NCBI GenBank assembly: GCA_051859245.1
Contig: JBHYGA010000001.1
Location: 1,501,722-1,565,721, forward strand
DNA: 64,000 bases
Origin: Gemmatimonadaceae bacterium
Lineage (GTDB): Bacteria > Gemmatimonadota > Gemmatimonadetes > Gemmatimonadales > Gemmatimonadaceae
Reading direction: 5' to 3'
Part shown: positions 18,682 to 27,795 of the stretch, piece by piece
How the letters are laid out: every line of letters begins with the position of its first letter
Position numbering within the stretch: the stretch's first letter is position 1
The notes under the pieces: model-generated
Database searches by the model: none
What the model saw: the letters and a program-made list of their open reading frames with translations, nothing else
Told to the model about the DNA's origin: nothing
Program-made: the position numbers and the translations under genes

Positions 18682-20360
18682 ATACCCTTGGTGCCGTGCT
18701 TGGCGCCTATGGTGCGGCGTCAGGACGTGACGCCGCGCTCTTTGAATGGCGCTCGGCAGATCAGGCGCCGCGGTTGCTCGCGGCAACTGATCCAGCGCGC
18801 GCCGCAGAGTTGCTTCCGCCGGGAGCGACATCTGATGAGGTGGTGCCGTGGGCGCGCAGCAACGGCTACCGCGCCGTGTCCGTGGGCAGCAACATGCTGC
18901 CTACGTGGTTGGTGATGGCGCCGTTGCTCGATGGCAACCACGCGTCGCTGGATACGCACGATGCGCAGGCTATCGATGCGTTCGTCAGTGCGGTGTTGCC
19001 GCATGTACGCCGACTCGTGCGTGAACGCGACGGTGCGACGCATGAACTGGCCGAACGGTACGAAGAAATCAGTTTGCTGTACGCGATCGGTGAATTGCTG
19101 GGAAGTGGCGCGTCGGTTGAATCCGTTGCGTTTACGGTGCTTCGCGAACTCGCGCAAACGGTTGGTGCGCCGCGTGGTGCGCTGATGTTGCACGATCCGC
19201 TGCGCGATGTGCTCGTGCCGGCGGCATTGCTCGGAATCGCACCGTCAGAAACCACGATTGTCAGTGCCAACGACGAGCACTTGTTGGCCGTGCGCGCCTT
19301 TCGTAGCGGCGAAACGTTCGTCGAAGAGGGCGGGGCACTCTCCCGCTTGGGCGCACCGCTGCTGGCGTCAGACGGCGGGCCGGTATTAGCCGTGCCGATC
19401 CGACGCACATCGGCCGGCGGCACCATGTCGCTTGGCTCGGTGCTGCTGGCTGGCCGAGTGGGTGATCCGCCGTTCAGTGCCGGTGATCGCAAGCTCGTCA
19501 CCGCTATTGCGTCGCAGGTTGGTACCGCGCTGCACAACGCGCGACTTGTTCGTGCAGCGCTCGAGCAGGAGCAGCTGGCGCGTGAAATGCGATTGGCGCA
19601 CGAGTTGCAGCTCAAGCTGTTGCCCAATCCGAGTGTGGTCGGTCCCGAAGCGCGTGCGGCCGCGCGTGTGGTGCCGGCTGAAAGTGTTGGCGGTGACTTC
19701 TATCTGCTGGCGCGACTTGCGGCTGATCGTACCGGCGTCGTGATCGGTGACGTGTCGGGCCACGGGTATCAGGCGGCGCTGGTGATGGCGCTCGCGATCA
19801 GTGCGGCTGCGATTCATGTGCAAGCGGTAATCGATCCCGGCGTGGCGCTTGATGCGGTGCGTCGCTCACTCATTGACGAACTCGAGAGCACCGAGATGTC
19901 GATCACGCTGTTCTACGGCGTGATTGATGACGAGAGCGGAGTTCTGCGTTTTGCCAATGCAGGGCACCCGCACGCGTTTGTATTGCGCGCGGATGGGTCC
20001 ACCGAACGCCTCGCCGCGCTTGTGCCACCGCTTGGTTTCTGCGGTGATATTCCGGCCAGCCAGGAAGTGTCGTGGGGCACAGGCGATCGGCTTTTGCTCT
20101 TCACCGACGGTGTGGTCGACGCACGCAACGTGCAGGGCGAGCGATTTGGTGAAACGGCCGTTCTCAAGGCGGCGCTGCAATCGGATCCGAACCCCGAGCG
20201 AGTGCTGGCGTCAGTCTTTGACGCGGTGCACGAGTTCGTGGGCGTCACGCCACTCATGGACGATCTGGCGGTGGTGGTTCTTGATCGCGCCGGGGTGCGC
20301 GCCGAAACCATGTCCATGCCTCACCTCGAACTGCGATCCATGCAACGTGCGCCCGCGTGA
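18678..20360 (+). CDS. GAF + PP2C (SpoIIE/RsbU) phosphatase
   Basis: GAF region, then VGGDFY, GDVSGHG, NAGHP, FTDG and DDL motifs. Confidence 0.92.
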   Translation: MNTLGAVLGAYGAASGRDAALFEWRSADQAPRLLAATDPARAAELLPPGATSDEVVPWARSNGYRAVSVGSNMLPTWLVMAPLLDGNHASLDTHDAQAIDAFVSAVLPHVRRLVRERDGATHELAERYEEISLLYAIGELLGSGASVESVAFTVLRELAQTVGAPRGALMLHDPLRDVLVPAALLGIAPSETTIVSANDEHLLAVRAFRSGETFVEEGGALSRLGAPLLASDGGPVLAVPIRRTSAGGTMSLGSVLLAGRVGDPPFSAGDRKLVTAIASQVGTALHNARLVRAALEQEQLAREMRLAHELQLKLLPNPSVVGPEARAAARVVPAESVGGDFYLLARLAADRTGVVIGDVSGHGYQAALVMALAISAAAIHVQAVIDPGVALDAVRRSLIDELESTEMSITLFYGVIDDESGVLRFANAGHPHAFVLRADGSTERLAALVPPLGFCGDIPASQEVSWGTGDRLLLFTDGVVDARNVQGERFGETAVLKAALQSDPNPERVLASVFDAVHEFVGVTPLMDDLAVVVLDRAGVRAETMSMPHLELRSMQRAPA

Positions 20361-21178
20361 GTGATCGTCCGCCTCCACCACGCAAGCGTTTTGGTCAGCA
20401 CTTTCTGCATGATTCGCGGGCGCTTGATGCGATTGTCGACGCGCTTGGACCACTCGCCGGAAAAACGGTTGTCGAGATTGGCCCTGGGCGTGGTGCGTTG
20501 ACCGATCGACTTGTTGAACGTGCGGGTAACGTGGTGGCGATCGAGCTCGATCGTCAACTCGCGGAACGGTTACGCGTGCAGCATGCGGCGCGGCCGCACG
20601 TACGCATTATCGAGGCGGATGTACTGCACGTGCCGCTCGGCGAAGTCGCGGGCGGCCCGTATGTGCTCGCGGGCAACGTGCCGTATTACATCACCACGCC
20701 CATTCTTTTTCACGCGATGGAGCAGCCGCGACCTGACGTGGCCGTCTATCTCGTGCAACGAGAAGTGGCTGATCGTATGGCCGCCGCGCCGTCGAGCAAA
20801 ATTTACGGCGCGCTGAGTGTGAACCTGCAGGCCCTTGCCAGTGTGCAGTTCATTCGCGCGGTCGGACCCAAAAGCTTTACGCCGCCGCCAACGGTTGAGT
20901 CGGCGATTGTGCGCGTGATTCCGCACGCAACCCCCGTTGTTGATCCGCAGCTTGAACCGGTGTTTCGCACGTTCGTTATCGGTGCGTTTGGCCTGCGTCG
21001 CAAGCAGCTGGTTCGCGTATTGCGCACGCTCACACCGCTTGATGCCGACGCGAGTACGGAAGTGCTCGCCTCATGCGGGATCGACCCGATGGCGCGTGCC
21101 GAAACACTCTCGCCCACGCAGTTCGCGCAGTTGGTGCGCGCACTGGTCGCGCGCGGCGTTACTCTCCGCGGTTTGTAA
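20357..21178 (+). CDS. rsmA: 16S rRNA m6(2)A1518/1519 dimethyltransferase
   Basis: KRFGQHFL, EIGPGRGALT, GNVPYYITTP, F.PPP.VESA. Confidence 0.96.
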   Translation: MSDRPPPPRKRFGQHFLHDSRALDAIVDALGPLAGKTVVEIGPGRGALTDRLVERAGNVVAIELDRQLAERLRVQHAARPHVRIIEADVLHVPLGEVAGGPYVLAGNVPYYITTPILFHAMEQPRPDVAVYLVQREVADRMAAAPSSKIYGALSVNLQALASVQFIRAVGPKSFTPPPTVESAIVRVIPHATPVVDPQLEPVFRTFVIGAFGLRRKQLVRVLRTLTPLDADASTEVLASCGIDPMARAETLSPTQFAQLVRALVARGVTLRGL

Positions 21179-21797
21179 GCGCGTACGAGAGACCTTCCAG
21201 CTCCATCGCCATGTTGACGGTTTTGACGGCGATGTGTGGCGGTACATGCAGGCTTGTGGGCGCGAAGCTGAGAATGGCGCGCACGCCGGCGGCCACGATT
21301 TGATCCACGACTTCCTGCGCGTCATCGGCCGGAATGGCGAGCACCGCAATGTCGACCTGATGCGTCTGCACGTCGTCGGCGAGCTCGGAAATGTCTTGCA
21401 CCGTGGCATCGCCCCAAGGCCGTCCGATCTTCTCCGGGTTCTTGTCGTACACGCCGATCACCTTGAACCCGCGCTGCCGGAACCCGCGGTACTCAGCGAG
21501 CGCCGAACCAATTTTTCCCGCCCCGACGATCACCACCTGCCACGCCTGACCAAGACCCATGATATCACGCAGTCGGGCTGACAGCTCGTGCACCGGGTAG
21601 CCGAGTCCCCGCTTTCCGAACGATCCGAAAAACGACAGATCCTTGCGAACCTGTGCCGGCGTGGTGCCACAGAGCTGGGCGAGTTCATCGCTGGACGCCG
21701 TCTTCTGGCCAGACTCGTCCAGGCCCTCCAGGTAGCGGAGGTACATGGAAAGTCGGCGGACGGTCGATTCCGCGATGCGCTTGGGGGAGAGGGTCAT
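21159..21797 (-). CDS. rex: Redox-sensing transcriptional repressor Rex
   Basis: TVRRLSMYLR, QVRKDLSFFGSFGKRGLGY, VGAGKIG Rossmann motif, ILSFAP. Confidence 0.96.
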   Translation of the reverse strand: MTLSPKRIAESTVRRLSMYLRYLEGLDESGQKTASSDELAQLCGTTPAQVRKDLSFFGSFGKRGLGYPVHELSARLRDIMGLGQAWQVVIVGAGKIGSALAEYRGFRQRGFKVIGVYDKNPEKIGRPWGDATVQDISELADDVQTHQVDIAVLAIPADDAQEVVDQIVAAGVRAILSFAPTSLHVPPHIAVKTVNMAMELEGLSYALTNRGE

Positions 21798-21806
21798 GTG
21801 GGTGTC

Positions 21807-21824
21807 TTGTGAAATTCTTCACAA
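21807..21824. promoter_or_regulatory. Rex operator (ROP) TTGTGAA-ATTC-TTCACAA
   Basis: Perfect match to consensus TTGTGAANNNNTTCACAA, 9 nt upstream of the rex ATG, abutting a minus-strand -10 (TAACTT, 21829-21824). Confidence 0.9.
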
Positions 21825-21887
21825 AGTTATCCGACCAGCCCGCGGGATTCCAGCGCGGGGTGCCTTTCCCGGCGCTACTTTCACACC

Positions 21888-22979
21888 ATGCGACGCTTTT
21901 CACGCCCACCCCGACCAGAGTTGAGCGGCCACCAGCCGCTCGATGCCGTGATCGAGGCGATGCGTGAACCGATCACCCGCGTGGCGCCTGAGCCCACGTC
22001 GCTCTCAGAGCGCGCCGCGCGGGTCCTCACGGCCGGACCGCGGGACGCCCGGTCGCTCATGCGCGAAGTGTGCCGGCTGGATCGCCTGACCGAAGACGCA
22101 GCGCAGCGCATGGCCGAGGTGCTGCTCGGCGCGCGCGACAACTTCGTGCAGTTGGACGATGATCGTTGGGCCCTCGTATTGGATGGGGAGCTCTGCCTGG
22201 AGCGTGTGTCGCAGCCAATCGGCGGCGCAGCGACAAGCGAGCTGCCTGATGCCACGCCGTTTCAACACGCGGCACGGCCGGAGGCGACCGCCACCCGGAA
22301 CGTCCTGAGTCAGCGATACGGAAAGCGCGCGCTCAGCGTGCCCGCCACTCGGCTCGTCGACATTCGATTCGCCGTAGTAGACGTTGAGACCACCGGTTCG
22401 CATGCGGGCTCGGTGGATCGCATTACCGAAATCGCCATCGTCACGGTGACGAACGGCGTCGTCGCCGAGCCCTGGCAGCAGCTGGTCAACCCCGGTCGAT
22501 TGATTCCCCCGTTTATCACTGGATTGACCGGCATCTCCAACGCCATGGTCGCGAACGCGCCGCGTTTTGATGACATCGCCGATGAAGTCGTGTCGCGACT
22601 TGATGGTCATGTGTTCACGGCGCACAACGCCGCCTTCGACTGGCGATTTGTTGACAACGAACTGTCGCGCGCGCTGCGCACCCGACTGACCGGTACATCG
22701 TTGTGCACGGTGCGCTTGTCGCGCAAGATGTTGCCGTCATTGCCCAAGCGATCGCTTGATCGTGTGTGCGCGTACTTTGGCATTCGCATTGATGGTCGAC
22801 ATCGTGCGGGCGGCGACGCGCACGCCACCGCGCACGTACTCGTACGTCTGCTTGAAATCGCGCACGACGCGGGCATCGATACGTGGCCCCAGTTGCTCAA
22901 GCATCTCAACGGTTCGCCCAAGCGCACCACGCGCCCGTCGGCGCTCCCAACTCCTGTTCGCGAGGACACCTCGGCGTGA
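21888..22979 (+). CDS. DEDDh (DnaQ-like) 3'-5' exonuclease with N-terminal extension
   Basis: VVDVETTG, HNAAFD and HRAGGDA motifs; about 155 aa N-terminal extension. Confidence 0.88.
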   Translation: MRRFSRPPRPELSGHQPLDAVIEAMREPITRVAPEPTSLSERAARVLTAGPRDARSLMREVCRLDRLTEDAAQRMAEVLLGARDNFVQLDDDRWALVLDGELCLERVSQPIGGAATSELPDATPFQHAARPEATATRNVLSQRYGKRALSVPATRLVDIRFAVVDVETTGSHAGSVDRITEIAIVTVTNGVVAEPWQQLVNPGRLIPPFITGLTGISNAMVANAPRFDDIADEVVSRLDGHVFTAHNAAFDWRFVDNELSRALRTRLTGTSLCTVRLSRKMLPSLPKRSLDRVCAYFGIRIDGRHRAGGDAHATAHVLVRLLEIAHDAGIDTWPQLLKHLNGSPKRTTRPSALPTPVREDTSA

Positions 22980-23857
22980 CTGCTCCACAACCACTCGTAC
23001 AATCGCGTCAACTCGGGCGTTGGCGTATTCACGCCATTCAAGCGGGCGGCCAACAGCTCGACGGTGGCGCCATGTTTGGTGTTGTTCCCAAAACATTGTG
23101 GGAACGCCGCATTCCGGCCGATGCGCGCAATCGCATTCCCATGGGCATGCGGTGTCTGCTTGTGGAGCACGATGATGGTCTCGTGCTGATTGATACGGGA
23201 TCCGGCAACAAGGAGAACGAGAAGTTTCACCAGATCTACGGCATTGAAAACGCAGGCGCCGATGGTCGCACCAATCTTGAGGATGGGTTGCGTGCGCTTG
23301 GATTTGCGCCCAGTGATGTTTCGCTGGTGATCAATACGCATTTGCATTTTGATCACGCCGGCGGTAACACGTGGCGCACACCATCGGGCACGGTGGAGGC
23401 GTCGTTCCCGAACGCACGCTACGTGGTGCAGCGCGGCGAAATGCACTGGGCCACGCACACAAACGAGCGCACCGCGGCCAGCTATTTTGGCGCAAACTGG
23501 GATGCGATTGTGGCGAACGACCGGTTTGATCTGCTGGAGGGTGAACCCGAGTTACGCCCCGGAATTCAATTGCTGCGCACACCGGGGCACACGCCGCACC
23601 ACCAGAGTGTGAAGCTCACGTCTGGTGGTGAGACGGCGGTGTTTCTGGCAGACGTCACGCCAACGGCGTCACATTTGCCGCTGCCATGGATCATGGGCTA
23701 CGATGTGGAGCCACTGGTCACGCTCGAGTCGAAGCGCCATCTGCACGCGAAAGCCGCCGCGGAAGACTGGCTGCTGATCTTTGAGCACGATGCCACACAC
23801 GCGTGGGGGCGTATTGAACACGATGGCAAGGCGTACGCGCTCATTGAGGGGAGCTGA
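22976..23857 (+). CDS. MBL-fold metallo-hydrolase (YtnP-like)
   Basis: LDGGAMFGVVPK, THLHFDHAGG, TPGHT, LIFEHD; GTG start overlaps the previous stop. Confidence 0.9.
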   Translation: MTAPQPLVQSRQLGRWRIHAIQAGGQQLDGGAMFGVVPKTLWERRIPADARNRIPMGMRCLLVEHDDGLVLIDTGSGNKENEKFHQIYGIENAGADGRTNLEDGLRALGFAPSDVSLVINTHLHFDHAGGNTWRTPSGTVEASFPNARYVVQRGEMHWATHTNERTAASYFGANWDAIVANDRFDLLEGEPELRPGIQLLRTPGHTPHHQSVKLTSGGETAVFLADVTPTASHLPLPWIMGYDVEPLVTLESKRHLHAKAAAEDWLLIFEHDATHAWGRIEHDGKAYALIEGS

Positions 23858-23963
23858 GGCCTAAGCACGATGCGGATTGGCGGCGTCTCCACAGTGAACC
23901 CTGTGAAGGCGAGACGTGTCCACTCTACGGACTCACACTTTTCCCGAACGTGCGGAGCGCGCG

Positions 23964-25109
23964 ATGAAGTGCAGGCTCTTGGTTGCTGGCGTTGTACTGC
24001 TGAGTGCGTGTGATACAAAACGCGTCGATGACTCCTCGGGCTTGCGGGTGACCGTGGACAGCTCGGGCACAGTGCCGGTTGTCAGCATCGCAGGCGAGGC
24101 ACCGCTGTGGTCGCTCGATTCGATCGCGGTGATACGGGCTGAACCAACGGTTGGTTTTTCGCGCGTGCGCTCCGTGGCCCTGGATCCGCGTGGTGGTGTG
24201 TGGGTGGCCGATGTTGGCGAGCATCGACTGTCGTACTTTGGTGATAACGGCGCATGGATTGAGGATCGCGGGCGCGTGGGCAGCGGGCCAGGGGAGTTTC
24301 GTTCGCCGTATTCGATCGCCGTGCATAGCGGTTCGCTGTTTGTGCACGATGTAGACAACTCTCGCATCGTTCGTTTTGCGCTTGATGGTAGGTCGGACAC
24401 GTCGTGGGTGATTGGCAGCCGGTTGTCGGGCGACGCAATGACCGTGCGCCTGTATCCGCACCCCGACGGTCCGCTGCTCTTTGATCTGGTCCGCGATACA
24501 ACGCCACCGCGGCAGGTGTACGCACGTGTCGGGCGCGATGAACGCCTCAGCGTGCCTCCGCGCGGAACGCCGGTCATGGACAGCAAAGAGTGTATGAGTG
24601 TGGACGCCATTCATTTTTTCGGTTCGCCATTCTCACCGATGTCGATTTCGTCGTCGTACGGCAGTGGCTCCGTGGCCACCGAAGGCGGGGATTACCGTCT
24701 CAACTTTTTCGGTCGCGAGGGAGCGCTCGAGCGTACCGTTACGCGCGACGTCGCGCGAGACTCAGTTTCGCAGGCCGAGTTCGACGCTGAAAACGCCGAT
24801 TGGTTGAAGTTCGCAGCGGCGAACAACACCGCCGGTTGTCGCGGCGACATCAAACGTTACGAGTTCAAGCCTGCGATCCGTGCGCTGCTGCCAGATGCTG
24901 ATGGTCGCCTGTGGGTAGAACGTCGGAAGCAGGGCGGATTCGTATACGAGGTTTGGCAAGGCGATTCGTTGCTCGCGCAGGTACCGGCGCCAGAGCGCGA
25001 GGCGGATATTCCGCCGGTGATGCTCGGAGATCGCCTCGCGGTGGTCGCGGATTCACCGGATGAGGGACATGAGGTGCGGTTGTATCGGATCCGAAAGACT
25101 GGTCCGTGA
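23964..25109 (+). CDS. Lipoprotein, NHL/6-bladed beta-propeller-like
   Basis: Lipobox LSA-C; VWVAD, GRVGSGPGEFRSP and DADGRLWV NHL-type motifs. Confidence 0.75.
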   Translation: MKCRLLVAGVVLLSACDTKRVDDSSGLRVTVDSSGTVPVVSIAGEAPLWSLDSIAVIRAEPTVGFSRVRSVALDPRGGVWVADVGEHRLSYFGDNGAWIEDRGRVGSGPGEFRSPYSIAVHSGSLFVHDVDNSRIVRFALDGRSDTSWVIGSRLSGDAMTVRLYPHPDGPLLFDLVRDTTPPRQVYARVGRDERLSVPPRGTPVMDSKECMSVDAIHFFGSPFSPMSISSSYGSGSVATEGGDYRLNFFGREGALERTVTRDVARDSVSQAEFDAENADWLKFAAANNTAGCRGDIKRYEFKPAIRALLPDADGRLWVERRKQGGFVYEVWQGDSLLAQVPAPEREADIPPVMLGDRLAVVADSPDEGHEVRLYRIRKTGP

Positions 25110-26209
25110 TTAACGCGCGGTGGAGAGCCTTCGCTCGATCAGCGTGGCTGGCCTGCGTCGCCGCGCTGTTCGCGATTCTGCTGCCTGCCTGCGCCAACGA
25201 ACAGCACATCGGCGGCGAACACCGCACCACCGAGTTTCCCCTGCGTTTCGAACTGCAATCGGTGGGATTCGTTCACGACACGTTGTTTCACGGACCCGCG
25301 GTGTTGGCGAGATTTTTGAGGACACGGTCGGGCGATCTATTCGTCGGTCCGTTCAGGCGAGGTGAAACGGCATTGTCGCGCGTGAGCACCGATCTGCGTA
25401 CGGTGGAGGCTGCGGTTCGTCGCGGATTCGGACCGGGTGAAGCGACGGGTAGTTTCGTTTACGCGCTTGCCCCGGACGATGCTCTTATTCTGGCTGCTCG
25501 TGAGCTGGGCCGGAGTCAGGTGCTGACGCGCGATGGAGAACTGCGGTTCGGCGCGCCTACATTGATGTATCCTGATGGCGTTGGGCTCTGCGGTGGTCGC
25601 GTCGTCATGACGGGTTCGTCCTTCGCAGAGGGGCGGATCGGCGCTGGTGTGTACGCCGCGGATTCCGGAGCGCAACAGGTGGTGCTTCTGCACTCGCTGG
25701 AAACGGACTCATCGCGGCGAATCGTCGGCGTCGTCGAAAGCCTGCTCTCTATGCGCCGAGACCGGCTGGTGGCGGCAATCCCCAATCGACCTGAGGTGGC
25801 GGTGTCGGATAGTGGCTGCCAGAAGTTCAGGCGAGTCGTAATCCCACTCTCTTGGTTCAAGCCGTGGACCGGCAACAATACCGGCGGACCGGAAGTACGT
25901 CCAAACGTGCTCGATATTCAGTGGCACAACGACTCCGTTGCCCTCCTGCATATCGTTCGTGCCAACCCTGACGCCGGAGTCAAGAAGGGAGCGGGAGCAA
26001 CAGATGCGCCCACCGCGAGTGTGGCGAACGTTCCGCTGTTTCTGAGCGACCTTGTGGCATTTCATGTGGAAACCGGGCGCGTCATGGCGTATTTGACCGG
26101 ACGCTACATGCCCTACAAGTTCACGAGCGATGGTGAGATCGCAGTGCATCATTTCGGCGATATCGATGCTACGGAGCTACGCACGCTCCGCCTCGTTCCC
26201 TCGCGCTGA
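25106..26209 (+). CDS. Hypothetical lipoprotein, probable beta-propeller
   Basis: Lipobox LPA-C; RRGFGPGE motif; GTGA overlap with the upstream gene. Confidence 0.6.
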   Translation: MINARWRAFARSAWLACVAALFAILLPACANEQHIGGEHRTTEFPLRFELQSVGFVHDTLFHGPAVLARFLRTRSGDLFVGPFRRGETALSRVSTDLRTVEAAVRRGFGPGEATGSFVYALAPDDALILAARELGRSQVLTRDGELRFGAPTLMYPDGVGLCGGRVVMTGSSFAEGRIGAGVYAADSGAQQVVLLHSLETDSSRRIVGVVESLLSMRRDRLVAAIPNRPEVAVSDSGCQKFRRVVIPLSWFKPWTGNNTGGPEVRPNVLDIQWHNDSVALLHIVRANPDAGVKKGAGATDAPTASVANVPLFLSDLVAFHVETGRVMAYLTGRYMPYKFTSDGEIAVHHFGDIDATELRTLRLVPSR

Positions 26210-26262
26210 GGCAGGTTTGCCGGTCGCGGTTCCTGAGGAGGCTTGGACGGCTGACGCCCCCC

Positions 26263-26291
26263 TTGACCTGCGCTCCGGACTCAGCCACTTT
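26263..26291 (+). promoter_or_regulatory. Putative sigma70 promoter for the infC operon leader
   Basis: TTGACC, 17 bp spacer, CACTTT. Confidence 0.45.
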
Positions 26292-26318
26292 TCATTGTTG
26301 GTGGTAGTACGACAACTC

Positions 26319-26492
26319 GGCAAGCAGGGCAGCTCAGCGGCCGCCCTCACCCTTTGGCCACGATCTCGCGCTGCGAGACGGCGTGCTGATGGAGTTCTCA
26401 ATGCGCACACGGCGCGCCTCTCGCATGCGGGGGCGAACCGTGCTTGTTACGCAACGCGGACTCCGGACCTGGGGCCCGCGTTTTTTGTTTTT
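26319..26492 (+). ncRNA. Structured 5' leader of infC-rpmI-rplT, L20-leader-like cis-regulator
   Basis: GCAAGCAGGGC...GCCCTCACC resembles the Firmicute L20 leader core; several hairpins; ends in a hairpin plus U tract before the infC SD. Confidence 0.6.
26453..26492 (+). terminator. Intrinsic terminator/attenuator upstream of infC
   Basis: AACGCGG..CTCCG / TGGGG..CCGCGTT stem followed by TTTTTTGTTTTT. Confidence 0.7.
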
Positions 26493-26512
26493 CTCTCATA
26501 GGAGCTCGGCGT

Positions 26513-27031
26513 ATCCAGGATTCTACGAAACGTCCGCCACGGGTGAACCGGCAAATCCGGATCAGTCCTGTTCGCGTGATTGGTGCTGATGGCAGTCAGT
26601 TGGGCATCATGGAAGTCGATGCTGCCCTTGCCAGTGCGGTTGAGCTTGGGCTCGACCTCGTTGAAGTCGCCGCAACCGCGCGTCCGCCCGTGGTTCGGAT
26701 CATGGATTACGGCAAGTTCAAGTTCGAAACAGCCAAGCAGGCCCGGCTGGCCAAAAAGAAACAACACGTCATTCATCTCAAGGAAGTGAAGTACCGCCCT
26801 GGGATCGACGAGCACGATTTCCTGACCAAGACGCGCAACGCCAAGCGCTTTATTGAAGAAGGCAACAAAGTCAAAGTCACCCTCATGTTTCGTGGGCGAC
26901 AGATTACCCACCCCGAGCTCGGACGGGCGGTGGTGGACCGGGTGGCTCAGGAACTGGCCGAAGTGGCCAAGGTCGAGAGCTCGCCGTTGTTCGAAGGTCG
27001 TTCCCTGACGATGATTCTCGCGCCCAAATAA
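26513..27031 (+). CDS. infC: Translation initiation factor IF-3 (probable ATC start)
   Basis: VRVIG.DG.QLG, LDLVEV, MDYGKFKFE, KVKVTLMFRGR; AGGAG (26500-26504) lies 8 nt before an in-frame ATC. Confidence 0.95.
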   Translation: MQDSTKRPPRVNRQIRISPVRVIGADGSQLGIMEVDAALASAVELGLDLVEVAATARPPVVRIMDYGKFKFETAKQARLAKKKQHVIHLKEVKYRPGIDEHDFLTKTRNAKRFIEEGNKVKVTLMFRGRQITHPELGRAVVDRVAQELAEVAKVESSPLFEGRSLTMILAPK

Positions 27032-27100
27032 CGGCGTTCTCATCGATTCTTCGCCAGCCGGTTCGCCGGATGGATACCCGTAGCATATAAGCGAGCTGTT

Positions 27101-27298
27101 ATGCCGAAAATGAAAACCCATAGCGGCGCCAAGAAGCGCTTCTCCGTGACAGGCACGGGAAAGGTGCGGCGTCTGAAGGCCTACAAGAGCCACATCCTCA
27201 CCAAGAAGAGCTCAAAGCGTAAGCGCAACCTCCGTCGTCCTGCCATCATGGAGACGAACGGTGAGGTCAAGCGGATCAAGCGACTTATCCAGGCCTGA
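27101..27298 (+). CDS. rpmI: 50S ribosomal protein L35
   Basis: [19 protein letters not shown]...HILTKK. Confidence 0.98.
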   Translation: MPKMKTHSGAKKRFSVTGTGKVRRLKAYKSHILTKKSSKRKRNLRRPAIMETNGEVKRIKRLIQA

Positions 27299-27310
27299 GG
27301 ACACCACACG

Positions 27311-27679
27311 ATGCCACGCGTTAAATCCAACGTTGTTCGCTTAAAGCGTAAGAAGCAGATCATGAAGGCGGCTCGCGGCGCCTTCGGCGGCCGCAGCAAG
27401 CTCTGGAAGGCCGCCAAGGAAACCGTCGAGCGCGGCTGGCGCTATGCGTATCGCGATCGCAAGAATCGCAAGCGCGAGTTCCGTCGCCTGTGGATCGTGC
27501 GTATCAACGCCGCTGCCCACTTGAACGGCATGAACTACAGCAACTTCATGAACGGTTTGCAGTCCGCCGGCATTGAAGTGGATCGCAAGATCCTCGCCGA
27601 TATCGCCGTGCGCGACCCGCAGGCATTTACGGCGCTCGCTGAGCAGGCCCGCGCGGCACTGCAGAAGCAGGCTGCTTAA
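27311..27679 (+). CDS. rplT: 50S ribosomal protein L20
   Basis: [34 protein letters not shown]. Confidence 0.98.
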   Translation: MPRVKSNVVRLKRKKQIMKAARGAFGGRSKLWKAAKETVERGWRYAYRDRKNRKREFRRLWIVRINAAAHLNGMNYSNFMNGLQSAGIEVDRKILADIAVRDPQAFTALAEQARAALQKQAA

Positions 27680-27694
27680 GTTCGTGGTTCGATG

Positions 27695-27741
27695 AACGGG
27701 CGGCCCGCGCGATGTTCGCGTGAGGCCGCCCGTTTTCGTTT
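27695..27741 (+). terminator. Intrinsic terminator after rplT
   Basis: AACGGGCGGCC / GGCCGCCCGTT stem with an inner CGCGCGA/TCGCGTG stem, followed by TTCGTTT. Confidence 0.75.
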
Positions 27742-27795
27742 GTACGCGCGTATGGCTGTCATTCGCTCCCCTCTTCACTTCCTCCCGGTTCCCAC

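Noticed and set aside
27054..27073. Small UUCG hairpin between infC and rpmI
   Set aside because: Short, mismatched and without a U tract; insufficient to call an operator or terminator.
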